NCBI GenBank assembly: GCA_965202665.1 | Contig: OZ241841.1 | Coordinates: forward strand, 192,001-256,000 | Length of the DNA stretch: 64,000 nt | Origin: Candidatus Spongiisociaceae bacterium | Lineage (GTDB): Bacteria > Actinomycetota > Acidimicrobiia > Spongiisociales > Spongiisociaceae | Reading direction: 5' to 3' | Shown here: positions 41,388 through 50,407 of the stretch, one piece after another | Layout of the letters: every line of letters starts with the position of its first letter | How positions within the stretch are numbered: the first letter of the stretch is position 1 | The notes under the pieces: generated by a model | The model's database searches: none | Seen by the model: only the letters and a program-made list of their open reading frames with translations | Told to the model about the DNA's origin: nothing | Translations under genes and position numbers: made by a program

Positions 41388-41717
41388 TCAAGCGACCCGG
41401 GTGTGCCATTCCAGCACCGCCCCGTCCTCGCTGAAAGCCACCGTCACCAGGTCCACCCTCCGCAGGCCGATGGAACGGGCCAGCCGGGACACCTGTTCCG
41501 CCTTGCGCCGGTCGAAGTTCCAGCGGGGGTGAAAATCCGGGTGGTCGTAACCGGTTTTGACCTCCACCGCGAACCGGCCGGCCTCGTCCCGGGCCACAAT
41601 GTCTATCTCGCCCCGTCCCACCCGCCGGTTGCGTTCCACCACCGTCGCCCCCCGCCGGGCTAGAAAGTCCGCCGCCAGCTTTTCTCCCAAAGCCCCCAAG
41701 CGCAGGTTTTTGCTCAT
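41388..41717 (-). CDS. yraN: YraN family nuclease (UPF0102)
   Basis: LG..GE..A..FL...G..V.ERN.R...GEIDIVA......VEVKT. Confidence 0.9.
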   Translation of the reverse strand: MSKNLRLGALGEKLAADFLARRGATVVERNRRVGRGEIDIVARDEAGRFAVEVKTGYDHPDFHPRWNFDRRKAEQVSRLARSIGLRRVDLVTVAFSEDGAVLEWHTRVA

Positions 41718-41723
41718 GTCTCC

Positions 41724-41745
41724 AACATAAACCCGCCCTGTGACG
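41724..41745 (-). promoter_or_regulatory. PafBC/RecA-NDp-like promoter of yraN (leaderless geometry)
   Basis: aaaaCGTCAC-agggcgggtt-TATGTT-N6-ATG. Confidence 0.6.
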
Positions 41746-41779
41746 TTTTTCGAACGGACGCGGCTTTGCGGGCGGGGAG

Positions 41780-42796
41780 TCAGGTTACGGGGAAAGGGAG
41801 TTGCGCCCACCACGGGCGGGAGGAGGTTTCGATTTCCGTCACCCATTTCACCCACCAGAAACCGCGGCGGCCGGGGGCGGCGATCCGGGCCGGGAAACCA
41901 TGGCCGGGGGACAACCGGGCGCCGCCCACCGAGGTGGCCAGCCACAGGTTGGGCAAATCCCGCACCGGAAACCGCCGATCGTAGCCGGTGGCGGAACGCA
42001 CCCGGATGCTGCGCGCCCCCGCCGCCTCCACCAACCCATCCAACCGCACCCCCCGCCACCGTTGCTCGGAGAACCAACCGCCGGTGCAGTCCAGCACCGC
42101 ATCCAACTCCTGCTGGGGGAACCCGGCCAACTCCTGGTAGGAAAGGGAACGGCCGTCAATTCGCAGCCGCCAATCCTCTTCCCTGATATGAGGAGTCCGG
42201 TCGTCCAACCAGGAGGTGACCGGCATTAGCTCCGGGGCGAACGAACCCCGCTGGTGCGAACCTGTGAAACGCCGCTCCGCCCCCCGCCAACCCGCTGCCC
42301 GCATCATCCCCTCCCATCCCAGCCAGAAGGCGGCTGCCGCCCCCGTCACCCCCGCTCCCTTCAAAAACAACCGGCGGTTCAGATCGGTGCGGCGGGGCCG
42401 TACCGGATGAACCGCGAAATGCACCGCCAGCAGAAGCAACGTCCCCACCGCCGCCCCCACATGCACCTGCATCAAAGTAAGCGGGCCGACCCGTTCCGCC
42501 AGCCCGGCCGCGTGAACCAAGCCCGACAGCAACGCGGCCGCCGTCAACGCCAACAACCCGTAGGAAAACCACCGGTAGCCCCGGCCGCGGGCCGCCCCCC
42601 GGCGCACCGTCACCGACTTCCAAGGGGCCAAAATCACCGCCCCCAGCGCCGACAGGGCGTGGACGAACGCCGGGTCGACCGGCCAATCCCCTCCGATGGC
42701 GTTGGCGAACAGGCCGGTGAACACCGCCAGCGGAACCAGGACCAGCAGGGCCAGGTTGGCCAGCCGGCCGGAACGGGAACGGCGGGCGGGCCTCAC
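41780..42796 (-). CDS. Membrane-anchored sulfite-oxidase-family molybdopterin oxidoreductase
   Basis: N-terminal TMs, RRLFL, LDCTGGW...W.GV, L..GHGFPAR...PG..G..WVKWV. Confidence 0.8.
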   Translation of the reverse strand: MRPARRSRSGRLANLALLVLVPLAVFTGLFANAIGGDWPVDPAFVHALSALGAVILAPWKSVTVRRGAARGRGYRWFSYGLLALTAAALLSGLVHAAGLAERVGPLTLMQVHVGAAVGTLLLLAVHFAVHPVRPRRTDLNRRLFLKGAGVTGAAAAFWLGWEGMMRAAGWRGAERRFTGSHQRGSFAPELMPVTSWLDDRTPHIREEDWRLRIDGRSLSYQELAGFPQQELDAVLDCTGGWFSEQRWRGVRLDGLVEAAGARSIRVRSATGYDRRFPVRDLPNLWLATSVGGARLSPGHGFPARIAAPGRRGFWWVKWVTEIETSSRPWWAQLPFPVT

Positions 42797-43386
42797 CCCG
42801 CCGACCGCAAAGCCCGTCCCAAGGCGGCCACCGCCCGCGCCCGGTGGCTGATCCGGTTTTTCTCTTCTTCCCCCAACTCGGCCAGGGTGCGCCCCTCCAC
42901 CTCGAAAATGGGGTCGTAACCGAAACCCCCCTCACCGCGCGGGGCCCGGGCGATCGCCCCCCGCAACTCCCCTTCCGCGACCGCCCGGGAGCCGTCCGGA
43001 AAGATCACCGCCGCCACCGTGCGAAAGCGGGCCGTCCGCTCCTCCACTCCCCACAGGGCCCCCAGCAACGCCTCCATGTTGGCCCGGTAATCGGCCCCCG
43101 GCCCGGCGAAACGCGCGGTGTACACCCCGGGGGCGCCGCCCAGCGCCTCGACTTCCAAACCGGTGTCGTCCGCCACCGCCGGCAACCCGGTGGCCTGCGC
43201 CGCCGCCGCCGCTTTCAGAAGGGCGTTGCCTTGCAAAGTGGGCTGGTCTTCGATTACCTCCGGCCAGTCCAAACCGGCGGCTATCTCCCCCGCCACCCCC
43301 TCCCGCAACAGCAAGGTCTCCATCTCCGCCGCCTTGTCCCGGTTCTTGGAGGCCACCACCGCCCGTTCGATCAGCGGCCCATCCAC
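42793..43386 (-). CDS. rdgB: Non-canonical purine NTP pyrophosphatase
   Basis: NALLKA, ADDTGLEV.ALGGAPGV..AR, GFGYDPIF, KN.ISHR. Confidence 0.95.
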   Translation of the reverse strand: MDGPLIERAVVASKNRDKAAEMETLLLREGVAGEIAAGLDWPEVIEDQPTLQGNALLKAAAAAQATGLPAVADDTGLEVEALGGAPGVYTARFAGPGADYRANMEALLGALWGVEERTARFRTVAAVIFPDGSRAVAEGELRGAIARAPRGEGGFGYDPIFEVEGRTLAELGEEEKNRISHRARAVAALGRALRSAG

Positions 43387-44096
43387 CCCACGGCCTCCCG
43401 TTGCGCCTCCCCCAGCCGGCCAATGCCCGCCGTCGCCAAATCCAGCATTTCATCCAAATCCCCCCGGCTGAAAGGCGCCCCCTCGGCCGCTCCCTGCACC
43501 TCCACCAACCGCCCCTCCCCGGTCATCACCACGTTCAGGTCCACCGCGGCCGCCGCGTCCATTTCGTAATCCAAATCCAACCGCGCCACCCCCTCCACCA
43601 GCCCCACTGAAACGGCCGCCACCCGCCCCGCCAGGGGATCGGAGGCGGTTATCCCCTCGGCGGCGGCCCACGCCAAAGCGTCGTGCAAGGCCACCCATCC
43701 GGCGGTGACGGCGGCGGTTCGAGTGCCTCCGTCGGCTTGAATCACATCGCAGTCCACGTTGACCGTCATCTCCCCCATCGCCCGCAGGTCCGTCACCGAC
43801 CGCAAGGAGCGGCCGATGAGACGGGAAATCTCCCGGCTGCGTCCCGAGGTGTACCGGTCCCGGCGCACCCGGTTGGCCGAAGAACCGGGCAACATGGAAT
43901 ATTCGGCGGTCACCCACCCGGCGCCCTCTTTCACCCAGGGGGGGATGCGGCGTTCCACGGCGGCGGTGACCAGCACCGCCGTCCGCCCCGCCTCCAGCAT
44001 CACCGAACCGGGGGTCATCTCCGTGAAGCGACGGGTTATCCGCACCGGACGCAACTCGTCCGCCGCCCGGATCCCTCCGTCAGTCGTCTCCGTCAA
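43371..44096 (-). CDS. rph: Ribonuclease PH
   Basis: GWVTAEYSMLP, EISRLIGRSLR, DCDVIQADGGTRTA; TTG start 44096 inferred. Confidence 0.95.
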   Translation of the reverse strand: MTETTDGGIRAADELRPVRITRRFTEMTPGSVMLEAGRTAVLVTAAVERRIPPWVKEGAGWVTAEYSMLPGSSANRVRRDRYTSGRSREISRLIGRSLRSVTDLRAMGEMTVNVDCDVIQADGGTRTAAVTAGWVALHDALAWAAAEGITASDPLAGRVAAVSVGLVEGVARLDLDYEMDAAAAVDLNVVMTGEGRLVEVQGAAEGAPFSRGDLDEMLDLATAGIGRLGEAQREAVGWMGR

Positions 44097-44107
44097 CCCG
44101 CCTCCTC

Positions 44108-44848
44108 TCAAATCCGCACCTTGGCCCCCGGCGCCGCCAGGCTCACCTCGCCCGCGAAGGCGGCTTCCGCTTCCAACATGGTCCGCTCCGGGTGCATGCG
44201 AGGGCGGAGGTGGGTGAGCATCAGCCGCCGCGCCCCGGCCCGGGACGCCATCTCCCCCGCCTCCCGGCCGGTCATATGAAAACCGGGGGATTCGGGGCGG
44301 CGCGGTTCCTGCAAAGCCGCTTCCGCCAACAACAGGTCGCACCCGGCGGCCAGCTCCTCCACTTCCCGGCTGGGACCGGTGTCGGCGGTATAGGCCAGGG
44401 ACCGGCCGGAGGCGGAGAAACGGGCGGCCAAAGTGGGGGGCGGATGGTTGGCGGGCGCCGTCGTAATGCGCAACCCGCCGATTTCCGCTTCCCCATCCGC
44501 CGCCCCCTCCGTAAAGGAAAACGTCTCCCGCATAGCGGCGCCGCCCGCGAAGCCGGACAGCAAATCGGCCAAGCCGGGCGGGCAGATCACCGGCAACGGC
44601 CCCCCCTCGTAACCTCCGTAGGCCAGGGCGTGGTACAAGGCGAAAAAGTCGGTGCAGTGGTCGGGGTGGCGGTGGGAGAGAAACACCCCGTCCAAACGGT
44701 GGGGATCCATCAGCCCGCATAGGGCGGTGAAGGTGCCCGGCCCGGCCTCCACCCACAGCGTAGTTTCCTGATGGGACACCAAATATCCGGAGGCGGGGCG
44801 GCCCGCGGCGGGATAGGTGCCGCTGCAACCCAGAACGGTCAGTTCCAT
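44108..44848 (-). CDS. MBL-fold metallohydrolase (RNase Z/cyclic-nucleotide phosphodiesterase-like)
   Basis: LTVLGCSG, SH.HPDH, YTADTG, LTH; usual neighbour of rph. Confidence 0.85.
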   Translation of the reverse strand: MELTVLGCSGTYPAAGRPASGYLVSHQETTLWVEAGPGTFTALCGLMDPHRLDGVFLSHRHPDHCTDFFALYHALAYGGYEGGPLPVICPPGLADLLSGFAGGAAMRETFSFTEGAADGEAEIGGLRITTAPANHPPPTLAARFSASGRSLAYTADTGPSREVEELAAGCDLLLAEAALQEPRRPESPGFHMTGREAGEMASRAGARRLMLTHLRPRMHPERTMLEAEAAFAGEVSLAAPGAKVRI

Positions 44849-44892
44849 GGCCCCAGGGTAGCCGCCCGCCTCCATCCGGCGGCCCGGACGGT

Positions 44893-45672
44893 TCAGTTTA
44901 TGGCCCCCAGCACCGTCTGGTTGAAAGGAACCGCCGCCCCGGTCATCATCCCCGAATCATCCGACGCCAGAAAGGCCACCGCCCGGGCCACTTCCTCCGG
45001 TTTGAGGAGTCGTCCGAAGGGCTGTTGCGCCTCCGCCTGCTCCAGCCAATCATCGCCCCCCTCGTGGTATTTGCGGCGGATGGCGTCCTCCCCGGGCGTG
45101 TCCGTCCAACCGATGTTGAGAACGTTCACCCGGATGCGATCCCAACGCACCGCGTTGGCCACATTGCGGGTCAAAGTCATCAGCGCCCCTTTGGAGGCGG
45201 AATAGGCGGCCAGGTAGGGGGGGCCGCCGTAGGCCACCATGGACCCGATGTTGACGATGGAACCCCCGATCCCCTCCCGGAGCATGATGCGGATGGCGCC
45301 CTGCATCAGGAACAGGGGGGAACGCACGTTCACCGCCATAATTTCGTCGAACAGTTCCCGGCTGGCGTCGTGGACGGCGCCCCGGTCGGTTTTGCCGGCC
45401 GCGTTGACCAGCACGTCCAGCCGCCCGAAGGTTTGGTCGACGGCTTCAGTCAGCCGCCCGGCCGCGTCCGGGTCGGCCAGGTCGGCCTCCTCGAACCGCA
45501 CTCGGCATTCGCCGGAGGACAAACTTTCCGCCACCGCCCGGCCCCGCTCCCGGTTGCGTCCGGTTATCACCAGCCCGGCCAAGCCCTCCGCCGCCATAAG
45601 ACGGGCCGCGGCCTCCCCCAAGCCCTGGGTGGAACCGGTCACCAACGCCACCTTGTTTTCAAACCGCCGCAT
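44893..45672 (-). CDS. Short-chain dehydrogenase/reductase
   Basis: TGSTQGLG, VNAAG, YSASK. Confidence 0.9.
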   Translation of the reverse strand: MRRFENKVALVTGSTQGLGEAAARLMAAEGLAGLVITGRNRERGRAVAESLSSGECRVRFEEADLADPDAAGRLTEAVDQTFGRLDVLVNAAGKTDRGAVHDASRELFDEIMAVNVRSPLFLMQGAIRIMLREGIGGSIVNIGSMVAYGGPPYLAAYSASKGALMTLTRNVANAVRWDRIRVNVLNIGWTDTPGEDAIRRKYHEGGDDWLEQAEAQQPFGRLLKPEEVARAVAFLASDDSGMMTGAAVPFNQTVLGAIN

Positions 45673-46120
45673 ATGCCCTCCCGCCTTTCTCCCGCCTGCC
45701 TCGCCCGGCCCGTCCCCGTCGGACGAACCTGCTTCCCAGCGGTAGGACGGCGCCGTTGCGTATCGAGAACCAGGCCACTTGCCAGCCGCCCCAAGTCCGG
45801 CCCGCCACGAACGATACCCATTCCGGATCCCAACCGGCCGCCGCGTCGGCCGCCGACGGACGGGCCGGGCCGCGCGGATGGGAATGGTAAAGCCCCCCCA
45901 CCCGCCATCCCCGTCTTTCGGCCGCGGTCAGCGCCCGGTGGAAATCGGCCGGGGCTATCTCAAAACGGCCCCGGCCGGGGGAGACGTTGGGCAGGGGAAG
46001 CAACCGCACCGGGCGGGAGCCCCGGTAGGCCACCAGCCCGCATGCCTCCCGGGGGACGGCGGAGGCCGCTTCCTCCGCCAACCGGACGGCCAGCCGCTCG
46101 GACAGGTGGTTTTGGTTCAC
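45659..46120 (-). CDS. JAB/MPN+ (M67) metallopeptidase
   Basis: P.EACGL, YHSHP..PA.PS..D; start uncertain. Confidence 0.82.
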   Translation of the reverse strand: MNQNHLSERLAVRLAEEAASAVPREACGLVAYRGSRPVRLLPLPNVSPGRGRFEIAPADFHRALTAAERRGWRVGGLYHSHPRGPARPSAADAAAGWDPEWVSFVAGRTWGGWQVAWFSIRNGAVLPLGSRFVRRGRAGRGRREKGGRAYAAV

Positions 46121-46791
46121 GGAGCCAGCCGCTCTTTGCGCCACGCGCCGGGCGGACCGGCCGGGCGATAGGCGATCCGGTCATGCAGGCGATGGCTGCG
46201 TCCCTGCCAGAACTCGAACCGTTGCGGGACGACCCGCAGGCCCCCCCAATGGGGAGGGCGGGGCACCGGGCCGTCCGCGAACCGCCGCTCCGCCTCCGCC
46301 GCCAAATTTTCCAGTTCCTCCCGGTCGGCCACCACCCGGCTCTGCGGGGAAGCGACCGCCGCCAGTTGCGCCGGGCGGGGGCGGGAGGCGAAATAGCGGT
46401 CGGCCTGCCGGTCGGACACCGGTTGCGCCGTTCCCTCGATGCGCACCGAGCGGTGCAGTTCCATCCACACAAAACACAGGGCCGCCCATTCCCCCGGCCC
46501 CAGCTCCCCGGCCTTGCGGCTCTCCAGATTGGTGTAAAAAACGAACCCGGCGGCGTCGTATTCTTTGAGCAGCACCGCCCGGGCGGAAGGCCGCCCCCGA
46601 TGGTCGGCGGAGGCCAGCACCATGGCGTTGGCGTGGGCCGCGCCCGCCGCCAGCGCCTCCCCCATCCACCGATCGAACATGCGCACCGGATCATCGTCCG
46701 CCTCCGACTCGGACAGGCCGGCCGTTTCGTACTCTTCCCGCAGATCCCGCAGGTTGGGCAAGTCGGTCGTCCCGCCCCGGTTGGCGGTCAC
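46117..46791 (-). CDS. pdxH: Pyridoxine/pyridoxamine 5'-phosphate oxidase
   Basis: PSAR.VLLK, FYTN.ESRK, YF.SRP, EFWQGR..RLHDR. Confidence 0.95.
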   Translation of the reverse strand: MTANRGGTTDLPNLRDLREEYETAGLSESEADDDPVRMFDRWMGEALAAGAAHANAMVLASADHRGRPSARAVLLKEYDAAGFVFYTNLESRKAGELGPGEWAALCFVWMELHRSVRIEGTAQPVSDRQADRYFASRPRPAQLAAVASPQSRVVADREELENLAAEAERRFADGPVPRPPHWGGLRVVPQRFEFWQGRSHRLHDRIAYRPAGPPGAWRKERLAP

Positions 46792-47960
46792 AGCCGGTCC
46801 AAGGCGGACCGGATGCCCCGCACCGCCTGCGCCGTCCGATGGTCGTTTTCCACCAAGGCGAAGCGGACGTATCCTTCCCCGGCCGCTCCGAACCCCACCC
46901 CCGGACTGACCGCCACTTTGGCCTTTTCCAGCAGGTAAATGGTGAAATCCATGGAAGACATTTGGCGGTAGGGCCCCGGAATCTTCGCCCAGACGAACAT
47001 CGTCCCGGCCGGTTTTTCCACCTTCCATCCGTTGCGGTTCAAGCCGTCCACCAGCGTGTTGCGCCGCCGCTGGTAGACGGCGTTCACTTCGGTCACGTAC
47101 TGGTCGCCTTCGTTGAGGGCCACGATGGAGGCGATCTGAATGGGCTGAAAAGTTCCGTAGTCCAAGTAGGATTTCAGCCGGGCCAAGCCGTCCACCGCCC
47201 GGGCGTTTCCCACCGTGAAGCCCACCCGCCACCCGGCCATGGAATGGCCTTTGGTCAGGGTGTACAATTCCACGGCCGACTCCCGGGCTCCGGGAACCTG
47301 CAGGATGCTGGGCGGCTGGTAGCCGTCGAAGGCCACATCGGCGTAGGCGAAGTCGTGCACCACGAACGCCCCGTAACGACGGGCCAACTCCACCAGCCGG
47401 GTCATAAAATCCAGGTCAACGCACACCGTGGTCGGATTGTGGGGGAACGAAGCCAAGATCACGCGCGGGACGGGGCCGGAACCCCGGAAGGCCCGTTCCA
47501 CCCCCTCCAGAAAGGTGGTTGCGTCGGGAACCGGAATCCGTTGAATGTCGGAACCGGCCAAGGCGGCCGCGTAGAGGTGAATGGGGTAGCTGGGTTCGGG
47601 AACCAACGTCAGATCGCCGGGTTGCACCAGCGTCCACATCAGATGGGCCAGGCCCTCTTTGGCCCCGATGGTGGTGATGGCCTCCGTCTCCGGGTCCAGT
47701 TCCACCCCAAACCGGCGCCGGTAGCGGTCGCAGATGGCCTTGCGCAGATTGGGGATGCCCCGCGAGCTGGAATAGCGGTGGTTGCGGGGATTGCGGGCCG
47801 CCTCCACCAGTTTCTCCACCACCGCCTCCGGGGAGGGAATGTCCGGGTTGCCGAAACCCAGGTCGATGATGTCCTCCCCCGCCCGGCGGGCCCGCAGTTT
47901 CAACTCGTTGACCTGACCGAACACATAGGGCGGCATCCGGTCTATCCGCCTCAGTTCCAT
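46788..47960 (-). CDS. Class I/II PLP aminotransferase (AlaC-like)
   Basis: PPYVF, IDLGFGNPD, FPHNPT, HDFAY, GWRVG, YLDYG.F.PIQ. Confidence 0.88.
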   Translation of the reverse strand: MELRRIDRMPPYVFGQVNELKLRARRAGEDIIDLGFGNPDIPSPEAVVEKLVEAARNPRNHRYSSSRGIPNLRKAICDRYRRRFGVELDPETEAITTIGAKEGLAHLMWTLVQPGDLTLVPEPSYPIHLYAAALAGSDIQRIPVPDATTFLEGVERAFRGSGPVPRVILASFPHNPTTVCVDLDFMTRLVELARRYGAFVVHDFAYADVAFDGYQPPSILQVPGARESAVELYTLTKGHSMAGWRVGFTVGNARAVDGLARLKSYLDYGTFQPIQIASIVALNEGDQYVTEVNAVYQRRRNTLVDGLNRNGWKVEKPAGTMFVWAKIPGPYRQMSSMDFTIYLLEKAKVAVSPGVGFGAAGEGYVRFALVENDHRTAQAVRGIRSALDRL

Positions 47961-48015
47961 GGCAATCCCCGCCTCGTTTTTCCTTTCCCGCTCGCCGGCC
48001 ACCGGCCGCGGTCCG

Positions 48016-48627
48016 TCAACCTTTCGGAAACCATTCTTGCATAATCTCCCGAAATTCCTGGAATGCGGGGTCCTGACATCGTCGCAAAGATACCCTTTCG
48101 GCAATCTCCTGGTACAAAGAATGGCTACGTCGCATGCCCGCCTCCCGCAGAGCCGCCTGGAACGCCTCTTTGGGTCGATCGGGTTTGACCTCGCCTTCCC
48201 GTAGCCAACCTTGCTCCTTCAACCAGTCTCTCAATGGGGGACGGCGTCCCTTCCACCCCGCTACATAGTCAACGTGTGGGGAATCGCTCCACACCCATGA
48301 CTCCAACTCCGGCAATAGTACAATGGCCCGCGCTCGATTACCCCACAACGACCTTAAATCTTTGTTCAAGTCCTCTTGCATTTCTTCCCTGGATTTCTGC
48401 TCTTGTCCACTCCCTTCGTGGTCGAACATCAACAAACCATACTCATAAAGTCGGGAGAAACTGGATAAAAACTCCACACCGCGCAATGCGCAGGCGGGAT
48501 CATGCTCCGGGTGAATATGTATGTCCGCTTCGATTGACCGCACACCCAATCGTTCCGGCCTCGAGAACAAACCATTCAAGGCATACTCCAAATCATTATC
48601 AGCGACGAGAACCACCAAATCCTTCAT
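48016..48627 (-). CDS. Partner protein of ABC-ATPase, Mad4-like (MADS defence family; TOPRIM-like)
   Basis: MKDLVVLVAD..., HP.HDP, FDHEG, ELESWVW; TAATG-coupled to the upstream ATPase; family recognised from memory, not searched. Confidence 0.65.
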   Translation of the reverse strand: MKDLVVLVADNDLEYALNGLFSRPERLGVRSIEADIHIHPEHDPACALRGVEFLSSFSRLYEYGLLMFDHEGSGQEQKSREEMQEDLNKDLRSLWGNRARAIVLLPELESWVWSDSPHVDYVAGWKGRRPPLRDWLKEQGWLREGEVKPDRPKEAFQAALREAGMRRSHSLYQEIAERVSLRRCQDPAFQEFREIMQEWFPKG

Positions 48628-49886
48628 TACCCTAAGACCCCCGAAGCGAGCAAGGTACCAAGCGCAACTTTACGGTTCCATTCTTGTAGGTGAGGATGTT
48701 CATCACCCCGGACTATATCAGTAGCCCCGGCTTCATCCTTAGCAAAACACAATACATCTTCCACCGTCACCATATTCAAAATAACAGGAGAATGGGTTGC
48801 CAGTAACACTTGGGAATCGTACATTGAAGATAGAGAATCATATACAGTAGATACTGCTTTAGGATGAATACCGTTTTCCGGCTCCTCGATCAAATATATA
48901 CCTCGAAAATCAGCCAGGTAAGCGGGCAGAGTAAGAGCTGTGAGCCGGAGTGTGCCATCTGATACCAGCCAGGATGGCACTTTGTGCCCATTTCTATATT
49001 TGTATCTCATATATCTGTGGTTATCTTCAGGGCGTTTAATTGTATCTATTCCAACTAAGTCAGGAAGAGAGGTTTTAAGATGATTAATCCAATGTTTATA
49101 TTTAGTTGGGTTTTCTTTCTTCAAACGAAAAACTACCCATGGCAGATTTGATCCGTCTAATAAAAACCCCGGAGCCCAAGCTGGTGGGCTCGGTCGCCTT
49201 ATTCTAAGGCTGTTAAGCACAAACCTTTGTAGGCCATCGGTTAGATAATTTCTAAACCAGGTGGCAATGGGAAAAGAACTCGGATCGTCAATGAGATTGC
49301 CAAGGGCTGATTTCTTCGTTCCTAATCTGAAGGAAGGGGCCCATCCTTTTCCAGACTTACGATATATCTCACTATAAAAATTGTCATTTCCGTCTGGAAC
49401 TTTATTGATGATAACTTTGTTGCTAGAACTACGAATACTAATCTGCAACGTTTCAGGTACTCGAGGAGATACAGGAAAAATGGAACGTTGCTCCGGCTTT
49501 CTTTTTGAGGGATTCTTAAAAAGTAAAGTCTCCGCTTTTATCTCAAATTGTCGTTTGTCATCATCAAGTCCTATTGACACCTGATATCTAACAGTTTCAA
49601 AATCTGATCTCGACTTCAAATTTCGCAGTTCGTCCGGTATCTTCGCCTCAACCGCCAATTCAAACCCATGACCTTCGCCTCCAAACAACATATCATGGGA
49701 ATTAGGTGTGCGTATTGTAAAAGCCCTTTCTAGCCCATGGGAAACTAGATCGCTCAGGAAGCCGATTACATCTAGGAAGGTGGTTTTGCCGGAGGCGTTG
49801 GGGCCTACTAGGACGTGGAACGGCTCCAGGGGAACTTGCACGTATCGCAGGCAACGATAGTTCAAGGCCTCGACCAGGGTAATCAT
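48627..49886 (-). CDS. OLD/AAA_21-type ABC ATPase, Mad3-like
   Basis: Walker A GPNASGKT, signature SDGTLR, Walker B IYLIEEPENGIHP, H-loop ATHSP; AT-rich interior. Confidence 0.8.
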   Translation of the reverse strand: MITLVEALNYRCLRYVQVPLEPFHVLVGPNASGKTTFLDVIGFLSDLVSHGLERAFTIRTPNSHDMLFGGEGHGFELAVEAKIPDELRNLKSRSDFETVRYQVSIGLDDDKRQFEIKAETLLFKNPSKRKPEQRSIFPVSPRVPETLQISIRSSSNKVIINKVPDGNDNFYSEIYRKSGKGWAPSFRLGTKKSALGNLIDDPSSFPIATWFRNYLTDGLQRFVLNSLRIRRPSPPAWAPGFLLDGSNLPWVVFRLKKENPTKYKHWINHLKTSLPDLVGIDTIKRPEDNHRYMRYKYRNGHKVPSWLVSDGTLRLTALTLPAYLADFRGIYLIEEPENGIHPKAVSTVYDSLSSMYDSQVLLATHSPVILNMVTVEDVLCFAKDEAGATDIVRGDEHPHLQEWNRKVALGTLLASGVLG

Positions 49887-49940
49887 CCCTTGCCTCCCTT
49901 TGTTCCGCCGGATGGGGGTGTACGGCTGGCTATGCGCGCC

Positions 49941-49959
49941 ACCGGGTCCGGGACCCGGT
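49941..49959 (-). terminator. Hairpin just 3' of tmRNA
   Basis: ACCGGGTC-cgg-GACCCGGT perfect 8-bp stem; no U-tract. Confidence 0.45.
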
Positions 49960-49964
49960 CGCGG

Positions 49965-50319
49965 TGGTGGAGGTGCGGGGAATCGAACCCCGGTCCGTCG
50001 ATCCTTAGGCGGCGGCGTCTCCGAGCGCAGCCAATGGACGAGCTTTCGGGTCCCCGGACTCCATCGGCGAGTGGCCGACGACCCTATTCCGGAAAATCTC
50101 AGCCCCGCCGGTCCGGAAACCCGGCTGGGCCCATCCTGCTAAACGACGTCCGGGGGAAAGAGCAGGAACCCTTCCAACGGACGGGCCGCCTCAGTTCAGG
50201 CGGCCAGCGCCAGTGGTTTGTTGGCACTTATAGTTGTTACCGGCTCTTTAGCGAGGACTCCGGCGACCTCGGCTCGCTTCCGACGCTTCAGCGATCGACG
50301 TCGAAACCTGATCACCCCC
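49965..50319 (-). ncRNA. ssrA: tmRNA; tag ORF 50225-50196 encodes ANKPLALAA*
   Basis: 5' GGGGGTGATCAGGTTTCGAC; 3' T-arm GGTTCGATTCC and CACCTCCACCA with G3-U pair; TAAGT before resume codon GCC; follows smpB. Confidence 0.97.
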
Positions 50320-50407
50320 AAAGGGTTGCTTGTCGCCTCCTACTATAACACGCCCCGCGGACATAATATTCCATTCCGGGAAAATCCCCCTCGGGACCTC
50401 CGGGAAC

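Noticed and set aside
47960-49965. Integrase-mediated island at ssrA
   Set aside because: No integrase, and I found no duplicated ssrA 3' end near 48000.
49965-50000. tRNA-like 3' end
   Set aside because: It is the T-arm and acceptor of tmRNA, not a separate tRNA.
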